NCBI GenBank assembly: GCA_041675285.1
Contig: JBAYTZ010000014.1
Span: forward strand, 22,891 to 86,890
Length of the DNA stretch: 64,000 bases
Reading direction: 5' to 3'
From: Candidatus Delongbacteria bacterium
GTDB lineage: Bacteria; CAIWAD01
Shown here: positions 33,884 through 43,456 of the stretch, in pieces
How the letters are laid out: every line of letters begins with the position of its first letter
Position numbering within the stretch: position 1 is the stretch's first letter
Position numbers and translations under genes: made by a program
Notes under the pieces: generated by a model
Told to the model about the DNA's origin: nothing
Database searches by the model: none
The model's input: only the letters and a program-made list of their open reading frames with translations

Positions 33884-36800
33884 ATGAGCGACTCCACATC
33901 AGGGCGAAGCCTTTTCATTGTTGACAACAGCGTCTCCAACTGGACTGGAATCCGATATCTAGATGAATGGGCCGGCATCGCCAAATCCTTCGACGTGGCG
34001 ACCGGCTACTTCGAGATCGGCGCCCTTTTGGCCCTGGATGGCAAGTGGCAAGGATTGGACAAGCTGCGCATCCTCATGGGGGCGGAAACCACTCAACGCA
34101 CGCGCCAGGCGCTGCGCGAGGCGGTCACTTCGCGAGCGACGAATCGGCTGGACAACAGCCTGGAGGAGGAGAAGGATGCCAACCCTTTCCTCCGCGGCGT
34201 GCCGGCGATTCTCGATGCCCTGCGGCGCGGCCAGATTGATGTCCGGGTCTACGACAAGGACAAGTTCCACGCCAAGGCCTACATCACACACGCCAAACTG
34301 GAAGTCGTCGGTTCCCAGGCCCTGGTTGGCTCCAGCAACTTCACTCGACCAGGCCTGACCAAGAACATCGAGTTGAACATCCAGGTCCAGAGCGCGCGGG
34401 AAGTGGCGCAGCTCCAGGAGTGGTTTGAAATCCACTGGAATGACGCCCGTGAGGTGACAGACGCGGTCATTCGCATCATCGAGCGCCAAACGCAGGAGTA
34501 TGCCCCATTCGAGATCTATGCCAAGGCCCTTCAGGAGTATTTCCGCGGACATGAGCTGACGGACACTGAGTGGGAAGATGGGCAGTCGCGCATGTTTCCC
34601 GTGTTGGATCGTTACCAGAAAGAGGCCTATTGGAAGCTGCAAAAGATTGCCCATGCCCATGGTGGGGCCTTCCTCTGCGACGGGGTGGGTTTGGGTAAGA
34701 CTTTCGTGGGACTGATGCTCATTGAGCGCTTGATCCTGCACGAGGGCAAGCGGGTGGTGCTCTTCGCGCCCAAGACCGCCAAGGAAGGGGTCTGGGAGCG
34801 GGACCTGAAGCGCTATCTGCCTCACATCGGCGGCATTAGCGGCGGCGCGGATTTCAGCAATCTGGCCGTCTTCAGTCACTCGGACTTGGGACGCAAAGGA
34901 GATTTCCCCGAGCGCTTCCGGCGAATGACGGAGTTGGCCGATGTGGTGATCGTGGATGAGGCGCATCACTTTCGCAACCCCGGCACCCCAGGGGACGCGG
35001 ATGCAGAAGTGGAGCCCTCCCGCTACTTCCAGCTCTTCAACCTCCTCGACAACACGCAACGATCCAAGACGCTCTACATGCTGACGGCCACGCCCATCAA
35101 CAACAGCTTGCATGATTTCCGGCACATGGTGGAGCTGTTCTCGCGTCGCCAGGAGGATTGGTTCAAGTCCCTGGGCATCCACAACCTGCGTGCCCACGTC
35201 AACAAGCTGGAGCGGGACCTGCGCCAGCGCATGGCGAGTGCAGCTGTGGCAAAAACCCAGTCGACGGAAGTCGCCCTGGGCGAACTGACGACGGAGCTGC
35301 AGGAAGTCCTCGCCGCGGATCCGCTGATCGGTGAGTTGGTGGTCCAGCGCAGTCGCTCCTATGTGCGGGAGAGCCAGTTGCGTGAGCATGGCAAGGCGGC
35401 GGTCTTCCCCGTGCGCAGGCCCCCCCAGGTGGCGGACTACAGCATCCGCAAGAGTTACGGACGCTTGCTGGAGATCTTTGAGCTGGCCTTCCGCAAGGAA
35501 CACCCGCTGTTTTCGCTGCCCATGTACTACCCCTTGGCCTTTCCTCGGGTTGAGGATGGCAGCGTGGATCCTTTCGAGGAGAGCCGACAGAAGGAGGTGG
35601 TGGGGCTCATCCGCACCCAGTTCCTGAAGCGCTTCGAAAGCTCGGTGGCGTCCTTTGAGATTTCCTGCGACCGGCTGTTGAAGAAGCTGCTCGCTTTCCT
35701 GGAGATCCATTGCGAGACGGAGCGGGAGCGCAGGTTGCTGGAGCGCTGCCTCCTGCAGCACAAAGACGTGCTGGGCTTTGTCCATTCCCGGCAGAGCGAG
35801 ATCTGGGAGAGCGAGGCCGGTGAAGAGGGCGAGAGCGACTTGATACCACCCGAGTTCCTGGCCCGGGTGACCAAGCTGGATCGCGCCGAGTACCGCGTGG
35901 AAGACATGATCCAGGAGACCCTGCAAGATGTGAACCAGATCGCGGCCTTCTTGGAGGAAGCCAGGCATTTCCAGCCCAAGCATGACGACAAGCTGCGTCG
36001 GCTGGTGCGCCTGCTGAAGTCCAAGGAACTGGCGGGACAGAAGGTGCTGGTGTTCACCGAGTACGCCGACACGGCCCGCTACCTGAAGCGCCAATTGCGT
36101 GCGGAGGGCATTGAAGGCGTCGGTGAGGTGGACGGCGGCACGCCGGGCAGCCGCGCCCAGGTGATTGCCCGGTTCGCGCCCTATTACAACGGACACAGCT
36201 CTGCTGAGATGGAGGCGGAAGGAGGCGAGATCAGGGTGTTGATTTCCACCGACGTCCTGTCGGAAGGCCTCAACCTCCAGGACGCGTCACGGATGATCAA
36301 CTACGACATCCACTGGAACCCCGTGCGCTTGATGCAGCGCATCGGCCGTGTGGACCGCCGCTTGAATCCGGAAGTGGAGGCGCGCCTTCTGGCGGACCAT
36401 CCCGAGCTGAAGGGCTCGCGCGGCATCGTCCACTACTGGAATTTCCTCCCGCCCGATGAGCTGAACCAGTTGCTTAGTCTCTACACCATCGTCACGCGCA
36501 AGACTCTGCTGATCTCGCGGACTCTGGGCATTGAAGGCGGCAAGCTGCTTCGGCCGGAGGACATGTACGACGACCTCAAGGTCCTCAATGCCCATGACGC
36601 GGCCTACGAGGGCTCGCGCACCGTGGTCGAGGACTTGCACTTGGAATACCAGGCCTTGCTGGCTGCGATGCCGGAGCTGGAGGCGAAGTTGAAAGCGCTA
36701 CCGGGGGCTGTGTTCAGTGGCCGGGAGGCAGTGACAGCAGGTCTACGCGGCGTGTTTTTCTGCTACGCCCTGCCTGCTCTGGACCTGGAGACCGGCGAGT

Positions 36801-37054
36801 TCAGCCTGACGGCCGGCCCCACCCGCTGGTACTTGGCCGACCTGGAGCAAAACCGCATCCTGGAAGAGCCGGGCGAGATCGTCGAGCATGTGCGCAGCAC
36901 GCCGGAGACGGCGCGGCGCTGCCAAATGGATGAGGTCCTGCTAAAGGACTGGCGCGGGCGCGTCGAGAAGCACATCAAGAACACCTACCTCAAGCGCGTG
37001 GACGCTCCCATCGGCGTCAAGCCGGCTCTGCGTTGCTGGATGGAGGTCAATTGA
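33884..37054 (+). CDS. PLD-nuclease (HKD) domain fused to an SNF2-family helicase (SNF2_N + Helicase_C)
   Basis: HKD motif FHAKAYITHAKLEVVGSQALVGSSNF. Helicase motifs LCDGVGLGKTF (I), VIVDEAHHFRN (II), LISTDVLSEGLNLQD (V), QRIGRVDRR (VI). AGGAAAG RBS. Confidence 0.85.
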   Translation: MSDSTSGRSLFIVDNSVSNWTGIRYLDEWAGIAKSFDVATGYFEIGALLALDGKWQGLDKLRILMGAETTQRTRQALREAVTSRATNRLDNSLEEEKDANPFLRGVPAILDALRRGQIDVRVYDKDKFHAKAYITHAKLEVVGSQALVGSSNFTRPGLTKNIELNIQVQSAREVAQLQEWFEIHWNDAREVTDAVIRIIERQTQEYAPFEIYAKALQEYFRGHELTDTEWEDGQSRMFPVLDRYQKEAYWKLQKIAHAHGGAFLCDGVGLGKTFVGLMLIERLILHEGKRVVLFAPKTAKEGVWERDLKRYLPHIGGISGGADFSNLAVFSHSDLGRKGDFPERFRRMTELADVVIVDEAHHFRNPGTPGDADAEVEPSRYFQLFNLLDNTQRSKTLYMLTATPINNSLHDFRHMVELFSRRQEDWFKSLGIHNLRAHVNKLERDLRQRMASAAVAKTQSTEVALGELTTELQEVLAADPLIGELVVQRSRSYVRESQLREHGKAAVFPVRRPPQVADYSIRKSYGRLLEIFELAFRKEHPLFSLPMYYPLAFPRVEDGSVDPFEESRQKEVVGLIRTQFLKRFESSVASFEISCDRLLKKLLAFLEIHCETERERRLLERCLLQHKDVLGFVHSRQSEIWESEAGEEGESDLIPPEFLARVTKLDRAEYRVEDMIQETLQDVNQIAAFLEEARHFQPKHDDKLRRLVRLLKSKELAGQKVLVFTEYADTARYLKRQLRAEGIEGVGEVDGGTPGSRAQVIARFAPYYNGHSSAEMEAEGGEIRVLISTDVLSEGLNLQDASRMINYDIHWNPVRLMQRIGRVDRRLNPEVEARLLADHPELKGSRGIVHYWNFLPPDELNQLLSLYTIVTRKTLLISRTLGIEGGKLLRPEDMYDDLKVLNAHDAAYEGSRTVVEDLHLEYQALLAAMPELEAKLKALPGAVFSGREAVTAGLRGVFFCYALPALDLETGEFSLTAGPTRWYLADLEQNRILEEPGEIVEHVRSTPETARRCQMDEVLLKDWRGRVEKHIKNTYLKRVDAPIGVKPALRCWMEVN

Positions 37055-37923
37055 TGCCCCGCAAGAAGCAGGATGCCGATCCGCCGACCCTGGGTCGCGG
37101 AGGAGAGATCGTCCTGTTCCAGGAAGGTGGCGTGGGGCGTCTGGAAGTCAGGCTGCAGGGGGAGACCCTCTGGCTGAGCCTGCAGCAGCTGGCCGATCTC
37201 TATCAGCGCGACAAGTCGGTCATTTCCCGCCATCTGCGAAGCATCCTCGCCACGGGGGAGTTGGAGCGTGAGGTAGTTGTTGCAAAAAACGCAACAACTG
37301 CCGCCGACGGCAAGACCTATCAGGTGGACTTCTACAACCTGGACATGATCATCTCCGTCGGTTACCGCGTTCACTCCTTGCGCGGCACCCAATTCCGCAT
37401 CTGGGCCACCCGCACCCTGAAGGACACTTTGGTGCGCGGCTACACGTTGAACGAGAGTCGCCTGCAAGCCCAGGTGGAACGCCTGGAGGGCCTGCTGGCC
37501 GCCGTCCAATTGGTGGGGCGCGTCGCCACGGAGCGCTCCCTGAGCAGCGGCGAGGCCAAGGGCCTGCTCAAGGTCGTGGGCGACTTCTCGCTGGCGCTGG
37601 ACCTGCTGGACCAGTATGACCACGGCCGCCTCTCTCTACGAAGCACGACGGCCAGCGCGGGCCGCGTCCTGGAAGAAACCCGCAGACGCAGGCCCGCGCC
37701 CCGCTGCGCCCTGGTGCTGGGCCGGGTGGACGCCAAGCGGACGCCGGACCGCGCCGCGCCGGTTCTTGCTGGCCGGGGCCTTTGGGCTGCCCGTCCTAAC
37801 CGTCCGCCAAGACGCCCAGCTGGCCACGGCTTTGGGGGTTGGATATGTCCCGTCCGCATCCAGCCGGGGGGCGCGGAAGACCTGGAAGCCGTGGCAAAGT
37901 GGATTGATGGAGGAAAACCGTGA
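37054..37923 (+). CDS. RhuM-family (virulence protein RhuM-like) protein; C-terminal ~90 aa atypical and possibly degenerate
   Basis: LFQEGGVGRLEVRLQGETLWLSLQQLADLYQRDKSVISRHLRSI...DFYNLDMIISVGYRVHSLRGTQFRIWATRTLKD is the RhuM signature. Distal part is R/P/G-rich. Start overlaps the upstream stop. Confidence 0.65.
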   Translation: MPRKKQDADPPTLGRGGEIVLFQEGGVGRLEVRLQGETLWLSLQQLADLYQRDKSVISRHLRSILATGELEREVVVAKNATTAADGKTYQVDFYNLDMIISVGYRVHSLRGTQFRIWATRTLKDTLVRGYTLNESRLQAQVERLEGLLAAVQLVGRVATERSLSSGEAKGLLKVVGDFSLALDLLDQYDHGRLSLRSTTASAGRVLEETRRRRPAPRCALVLGRVDAKRTPDRAAPVLAGRGLWAARPNRPPRRPAGHGFGGWICPVRIQPGGAEDLEAVAKWIDGGKP

Positions 37924-39203
37924 TGGTCGACAAGGGCTTTCCAGCCGGTTACGAGCCGCAGGGGAGCACTGAGGCTGCCGAGTGGTACCGCCTAGCCGCT
38001 GAGCAAGGGAATACAATGGCCCAGCGCAATCTGGGGGTCATGTACTACAACGGCGAGGGCGTGCTGCAAGACTACACAGAGGCTGTCAAGTGGTTTCGAC
38101 TAGCGGCTGAGCAGGGGTACGCGCCGGCTCAGTATAACCTGGGGGTTGCGTGCGCCAAGGGCCTGGGCGTGCCGCAGGACTACGTTGAGGCCGTCAAGTG
38201 GTACCGCCTGGCTGCTGAACATGGGAACGCAGGAGCCCAGTTAAATCTGGGATTCTTGTACCACAGCGGCGAGGGCGTGCCGCAGAACGGCGCTGAAGCC
38301 GTCAAGTGGTACCGCCTTGCGGCGGAGCAAGGCAATGTAAGTGCCCAGAACAACCTGGGAGTCATGTACAAGAGCGGCCAGGGTGTGCCGCAGGACTACA
38401 TTGAGGCCGTTAAGTGGTACCGCCTTGCGGCGGAGCAAGGACATGTAAGTGCCCAGAACAACCTGGGGGACATGTACAGTGGCGGCCAAGGCGTGCCGCA
38501 GGACTACGCAGAGGCCGCCAAGTGGTCCCGCCTTGCCGCGGAGCAGGGGTGCGCGCCGGCACAGTACAATCTAGGGGTTGCATGCGCCAAAGGCAGGGGC
38601 GTGCCGCATAACGACGCAGAGGCAGTCATGTGGTACCGCCTAGCCGCTGCGCAGGGGTACGCACCGGCTCAGTACAACATGGGAGTCATGTACGACGACG
38701 GCCGAGGCGTGCCGCAGGACTACGTTGAGGCTGCCAAATGGTACCGCCTAGCCGCTGAGCAGGGCCATGTAAGTGCCCAGAACAACTTGGGGGGCATATA
38801 CGGCGGCGGACAAGGCGTGCCGCAGGATGACGCAGAGGCTGCCAAGTGGTTCCGCCTAGCAGCGGAGCAAGGCCATGTAGGTTCCCAGTACAACCTGGGG
38901 GTTGCGTGCCACCTCGGCCAAGGCGTGCCTCAGAACTACGCGGAAGCAGCCAAGTGGTACCGCCTAGCCGCTGAGCATGGGTACGCACCGGCTCAGTACA
39001 ACCTGGGTGTCATGTACAACGACGGCCGAGGCGTGCCGCAGGACTATATCATGGCTCACCTGTGGTGGAACCTTGCTGCCACCAGCGGGGATGAGGACGC
39101 GGTGAGGGGTAGAGGCACTGTGGCTGGCAAGATGACCCCTGCCCAAATCGCAGAGGCGCAACGTCTCGCCCGCGAGTGGAAGCCCACACCGGAGAAGCCA
39201 TGA
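37923..39203 (+). CDS. Sel1-repeat (SLR/TPR-like) protein, ~11 tandem 36-aa repeats
   Basis: Repeating AEAVKWYRLAAEQG.A.AQ.NLG.MY..G.GVPQDY units. GGAGG RBS. Stop overlaps the methyltransferase start. Confidence 0.85.
   Translation: MVDKGFPAGYEPQGSTEAAEWYRLAAEQGNTMAQRNLGVMYYNGEGVLQDYTEAVKWFRLAAEQGYAPAQYNLGVACAKGLGVPQDYVEAVKWYRLAAEHGNAGAQLNLGFLYHSGEGVPQNGAEAVKWYRLAAEQGNVSAQNNLGVMYKSGQGVPQDYIEAVKWYRLAAEQGHVSAQNNLGDMYSGGQGVPQDYAEAAKWSRLAAEQGCAPAQYNLGVACAKGRGVPHNDAEAVMWYRLAAAQGYAPAQYNMGVMYDDGRGVPQDYVEAAKWYRLAAEQGHVSAQNNLGGIYGGGQGVPQDDAEAAKWFRLAAEQGHVGSQYNLGVACHLGQGVPQNYAEAAKWYRLAAEHGYAPAQYNLGVMYNDGRGVPQDYIMAHLWWNLAATSGDEDAVRGRGTVAGKMTPAQIAEAQRLAREWKPTPEKP
37960..39110 (+). repeat. DNA-level tandem repeat (period 108 bp) encoding the Sel1 repeats
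   Basis: Recurring ...gtggtaccgcct.gc.gc.gagca.gg... units visible in the sequence. Confidence 0.6.
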
Positions 39204-42200
39204 GCAAGACCCAAGACCGGAACTGGGAGCGCCTGCGCTCCATCAAGACGATCGAGGAGCTGCTAGCCTATTTGAGGGAGGAGCTTGACTGGCCGCTCGA
39301 AGGCGCGGACGTCGAGGACGTCGCCTTCGAATACACACCCGAGGAGCTGGGCCTGGAGCCCGCCCTGGCGGTTAAGATCGATTCCATTCACCGTCTGCGT
39401 CCGCTGAGCACGCACCAACCCTGGGGCATTTTCTTCGTCGACTTCGAGCCCAAGAATCTGCCCGTCACGGCCCTGCGCCGCATCCTGGGCCGCGTGGTCT
39501 TGAAGAAGCGCGCCAAGGGCAGCGCGCAGGCCTGGCACGCAGACGACCTGCTCTTCATCTCCACCTACGGGCAAGGGCCCAGCCGCCAGATCTGCCTGGC
39601 GCACTTCTCCGCCAGCGAGGGAGCGCGCGACCTACCCACCCTCAAGGTGCTGGGCTGGGACGAGCAGGACACGGCACTGCACCTTGCCCACGCCGCCAAC
39701 ACCCTGGTCAAGCACCTCACGTGGCCGGAAAACGAGAACGACCTGGAGATCTGGCGCAAGACTTGGAGCGCAGCCTTCACGCTGGGGCATCGGGAAGTCA
39801 TCTCCACGGCCAAGGATCTCTCCATTCGGCTGGCGGCGCTGGCGAGGGCGATTCGCCTGCGCATCACCACGGCGCTGGCGATCGAGAGCGAGAGCGGCCC
39901 GCTCACGCGTCTGATGCATGCCTTCCGCGAGGCCCTGGTCCACGACCTGACGGTGGAGAGCTTCGCCGACATGTACGCCCAGACCATCGCCTACGGCCTG
40001 CTCTCGGCGCGCATCACTGATCCACACAAGAAGACTGCTGACGATTTCGCAGGTCACTTGCGCACCAACCCCTTCCTGCGGGAGCTGATGGAGACCTTCC
40101 TGAAGGTGGGTGGACGGCAAGGGAAAGCGGGCGGGTCAGGCATCGACTTCGATGAGCTGGGCGTCTTCGATGTGGTGGAGCTGCTGGACGACGCCAACAT
40201 GGAGGCCGTCGTCCGCGACTTCGGCGACAGGAACCCACAGGAAGACCCAGTCATCCATTTCTATGAGGAGTTTCTTCGGCATTACGATCCAGGTGAGAAG
40301 AAAAAGCGTGGCGTCTTCTACACGCCGCGCCCGGTGGTAAGCTACATCGTGCGCTCGGTGGACGAGCTGCTGCGAACGGAGTTCGGCCTGGAGGACGGGC
40401 TGGCCGACACCACCACGTGGGGCGAGATGCTACAGCGACAGCCCGGCCTGCAGCTGCCCAACCTCTCAGAGGACTCCGACCACCCGCGCCTGCTGGACCC
40501 GCAGCATCCCTTCGTGCAGATCCTCGACCCGGCCACGGGCACGGGCACCTTCCTCGTTGAGGTCATCGAGATCATCCACCGCACGATGACCACCAAGTGG
40601 ACGGCCCACGGTCACAGCGAGAAGCAGATCGAGGCGCTCTGGAACGCCTATGTGCCGCGCCACCTGCTGCCGCGCCTGCACGGCTACGAGCTGCTCATGG
40701 CGCCCTACGCCATCGCCCATCTCAAGATCGGCCTCAAGCTCCATGAGACGGGCTACCACTTCGACAGCGAGGAGCGGGCACGCATCTACCTGACCAACGC
40801 CCTGGAGCCGGCCAACGACAAGCAGATCACGACGGCCATGCTGCCGGCGCTGGCGCACGAAGCTCAAGCGGTCAGCATGATTAAACGTCACCAAAGGTTC
40901 TCCGTCATCATTGGTAATCCTCCATATGCAAGAGATTCCGCAAACCGCAGTGATTATGCGGAGAATCTCGTAGCAATCTACAAGGAGGACGTGAGGAATG
41001 AACGAAACATCCAACCTCTGTCTGATGACTATGTGAAATTCATCGGGATGGCTCAAGCCGTAATGTCATCATGCGGTACAGGAATTGTTGGATTCATCAC
41101 AAATCACAGCTTTATTAAGGGAGTAATTCATCGAGGGCTAAGAAGACGTGTTTGTCAGTTCTTCCAGAGGGCATACTTTTTGGACCTTCACGGCAACTCG
41201 AACATCAACGAGCAGCCGCCAAAGGACATTGAGGACGAAAACGTCTTTGACATTCGACAAGGTGTTGCAGTCTCATTGCTGACCAGAGTTTCCGCTGTTG
41301 TTGGTTATAAAGACCAAACTAAAGTTTCTGAACTCTGGGGAAAGCGGACAGAGAAATATGAATATTTACTGAAGCAAAGACATGGTGATAATGATTGGAT
41401 TCTCGTTGAACCAAAACCGCCGGAATACGAACTCATTGTAGCCGGTGATGGATCTACTCAAGTTGAATTTGATTCGTTATTCCACCTGCATGATTGGTTT
41501 CCAACTTCAGCGACTGGATTTATCACGCACCGTGACGAATTGGTGATCGATTATGATCAGTCAAACCTTATGCGAAGGATTCACGATTTAGTGGATAAAA
41601 ATATTTCTGATGAAGAGGTTATCAAGAAATATTCCTTAGAGAGCAATTCGGACTGGAATCCAATTGATGCTAGAAAACAACTTCGGGCAGTAAAGGAGTT
41701 ACAAGAAAGAGTTGTTCGTTGCACTTATCGCCCGTTTGATAGTAGATGGTGCTGGTGGGGACGAGAACTAATGGATCGCCCGCGTCAGGAGTTATTTGAG
41801 TTTTTCGTAAAACCTAACTTGACGCTGTTATGTAAACGACAGAACAAAAGGACTCCTTTCTCTTACGCATTTGTTGCCTCTGAAATAACAGAAAGTTGCA
41901 CATTTGAGAGTGCACATGCGAATAATGTTGCGTTTCCAATCTTCGTCCACACAAATGACCTGTTGTTTGGGAAGAACATCATTCATCCAAACATTGGTGA
42001 TGAAATTGTAAGTAGAGTTCGAAGACGGCTTAATTTGAATTTAGTTTCGCTTGCTATGGGTGATTTGAAGGTGACCTGCGGGCCGCGCGATTTATTGCAC
42101 TACGTATATGCAACCATTCATGCACCTAGCTACCGGACGAGATATGAGGCGTGCCTGATTAAAAGCTTCCCGCGCATTCCGTTGACATATAATCTGGACC

Positions 42201-42715
42201 TGTTCCGCGACCTCACACTTTTTGGCGGCAGGCTCGTCGCTTTGCATCTGCTGGAGTCGCCCACCCTCGACCACTTCATCACCACCTACGCCGGCCCGCC
42301 CCAACCAGAAGTCGGGCGCGTGGGCTGGTCGGATGGCACAGTCTGGTTGGATGCCGCGGCCACCAAGAAAGGGCAGCCCGCCACGCCCGGCAGAATGGGC
42401 TTCAAGGGCGTGCCCGAGGAAGTCTGGAACTTCCACATCGGCGGCTACCAGGTCTGCGAGAAGTGGCTGAAGGACCGCAAGGGGCGGCGGCTGTCGGACG
42501 AGGACATCGCCCATTACCAGAAGATTGTCGTGGCGCTGAAGGAGACGATCCGCCTGATGGGCGAGATCGACGAGGTCATTGAGAAGCATGGCGGGTGGCC
42601 GGGGGCGTTTGCCGCAGGACCGGCGGCGGGTGCGGCGGACTATCCGACCTGCGAGACGGGGCAACGCAAGGCGGCGGAAACGGGCGACCTGTTTGGGCAA
42701 AATGCGGAGTCTTGA
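39200..42715 (+). CDS. type IIG restriction-modification / PglX-like gamma-class N6-adenine DNA methyltransferase (1171 aa), GC-mosaic
   Basis: Motif X/I GVFYTPRPVVSYIV and LDPATGTGTFLVEV, motif IV VIIGNPPYARDS, long C-terminal TRD-like region. GC drops from ~65% to ~40% between ~40860 and ~42200 within the ORF. Confidence 0.85.
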   Translation: MSKTQDRNWERLRSIKTIEELLAYLREELDWPLEGADVEDVAFEYTPEELGLEPALAVKIDSIHRLRPLSTHQPWGIFFVDFEPKNLPVTALRRILGRVVLKKRAKGSAQAWHADDLLFISTYGQGPSRQICLAHFSASEGARDLPTLKVLGWDEQDTALHLAHAANTLVKHLTWPENENDLEIWRKTWSAAFTLGHREVISTAKDLSIRLAALARAIRLRITTALAIESESGPLTRLMHAFREALVHDLTVESFADMYAQTIAYGLLSARITDPHKKTADDFAGHLRTNPFLRELMETFLKVGGRQGKAGGSGIDFDELGVFDVVELLDDANMEAVVRDFGDRNPQEDPVIHFYEEFLRHYDPGEKKKRGVFYTPRPVVSYIVRSVDELLRTEFGLEDGLADTTTWGEMLQRQPGLQLPNLSEDSDHPRLLDPQHPFVQILDPATGTGTFLVEVIEIIHRTMTTKWTAHGHSEKQIEALWNAYVPRHLLPRLHGYELLMAPYAIAHLKIGLKLHETGYHFDSEERARIYLTNALEPANDKQITTAMLPALAHEAQAVSMIKRHQRFSVIIGNPPYARDSANRSDYAENLVAIYKEDVRNERNIQPLSDDYVKFIGMAQAVMSSCGTGIVGFITNHSFIKGVIHRGLRRRVCQFFQRAYFLDLHGNSNINEQPPKDIEDENVFDIRQGVAVSLLTRVSAVVGYKDQTKVSELWGKRTEKYEYLLKQRHGDNDWILVEPKPPEYELIVAGDGSTQVEFDSLFHLHDWFPTSATGFITHRDELVIDYDQSNLMRRIHDLVDKNISDEEVIKKYSLESNSDWNPIDARKQLRAVKELQERVVRCTYRPFDSRWCWWGRELMDRPRQELFEFFVKPNLTLLCKRQNKRTPFSYAFVASEITESCTFESAHANNVAFPIFVHTNDLLFGKNIIHPNIGDEIVSRVRRRLNLNLVSLAMGDLKVTCGPRDLLHYVYATIHAPSYRTRYEACLIKSFPRIPLTYNLDLFRDLTLFGGRLVALHLLESPTLDHFITTYAGPPQPEVGRVGWSDGTVWLDAAATKKGQPATPGRMGFKGVPEEVWNFHIGGYQVCEKWLKDRKGRRLSDEDIAHYQKIVVALKETIRLMGEIDEVIEKHGGWPGAFAAGPAAGAADYPTCETGQRKAAETGDLFGQNAES

Positions 42716-42750
42716 TCGCAGCTAGGTGGGCGCCAGGCCGAGAGGTGAAC

Positions 42751-43455
42751 ATGGAACCAGGTCCGATCCGTTACCGGGACTTGCCGGATGATTTCCTGCT
42801 GCGGGCGGAATTGGTTTTTCACGCCATTGAAGATGCCGGCCTGATGGAGCGAACGGATTTCCTCGTCAACTTCCAGCGCGAGATTCATCCCATGCGGGAA
42901 TTGATGCTGTGGGAGCGGCTTGCCGTGGCCTATCGGAGCCGGTGGCGCAACCGAGCGGGCTCGGTCGCGGAGCGCAAGTCGTGGTTGACCTTGCTTCTTC
43001 TGGCATCCAGTGGCGCGACGGCACATGAAGGGGATCTGACTGGGGCACTGGAGCTGGAAGAAGCGCGCTTGGCCTTTCAGGAGGCCGCCACGGCGGGTAG
43101 AAACTGCTTGTCGAGCGCCGTTGATGCGCGTGCGGTGAAACAAAGCACCCTGGCGTTGGCGGCGATTCTGAGTCGGGACATTGGTCGTGCCATTCAATTC
43201 CACTGGAACCAGATCGACCGGCTGTTGGAATCGGAAGCATGGGAACCGGATGAGGTGGAAGCTCGGCTGCGAGAACTGCATGCCACGGTGGACGAACTGG
43301 CTGATGAACGCGAAAACCTGTCAATAGAACTCAATGACCGGTCTGATGAGCTGGAAGCCATGATCCAGGGGAAGCGCGAGATACTTGAAAGGGAGCGTCG
43401 CGAGGAGCTGCTGCGGCAATCCAGTCTGGGCAATCTATTCGGCGAGGAGAACTGA
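42751..43455 (+). CDS. hypothetical coiled-coil protein (first gene of a 3-gene operon)
   Basis: GAGGTGA RBS. 234 aa. C-terminal coiled coil (ELHATVDELADERENLSIELNDRSDELEAMIQGKREILERERREE). Confidence 0.45.
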   Translation: MEPGPIRYRDLPDDFLLRAELVFHAIEDAGLMERTDFLVNFQREIHPMRELMLWERLAVAYRSRWRNRAGSVAERKSWLTLLLLASSGATAHEGDLTGALELEEARLAFQEAATAGRNCLSSAVDARAVKQSTLALAAILSRDIGRAIQFHWNQIDRLLESEAWEPDEVEARLRELHATVDELADERENLSIELNDRSDELEAMIQGKREILERERREELLRQSSLGNLFGEEN

Positions 43456-43456
43456 G

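Noticed and set aside
33959-36196. 745-aa minus-strand ORF and other antisense ORFs inside the PLD-SNF2 gene and the MuF-fusion gene (33959..36196, 53770..55290, 55477..56781)
   Set aside because: They are antisense to proteins with complete ordered helicase or MuF motifs. Composition is characteristic of spurious high-GC frames.
37960-39110. Regular ~108-bp repeats that could be mistaken for a CRISPR-like or VNTR array
   Set aside because: The repeats are in frame and encode Sel1 repeats. There are no unique spacers and the period is 108 bp, so this is a coding tandem repeat and not CRISPR.
33884-42715. Calling the helicase + methyltransferase operon a canonical BREX or DISARM system
   Set aside because: BREX requires PglZ and BrxC. 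DISARM requires DrmA and DrmB (DUF1998). None of these have recognisable counterparts in the window. The cluster is therefore reported as DISARM/BREX-like and not assigned to either.
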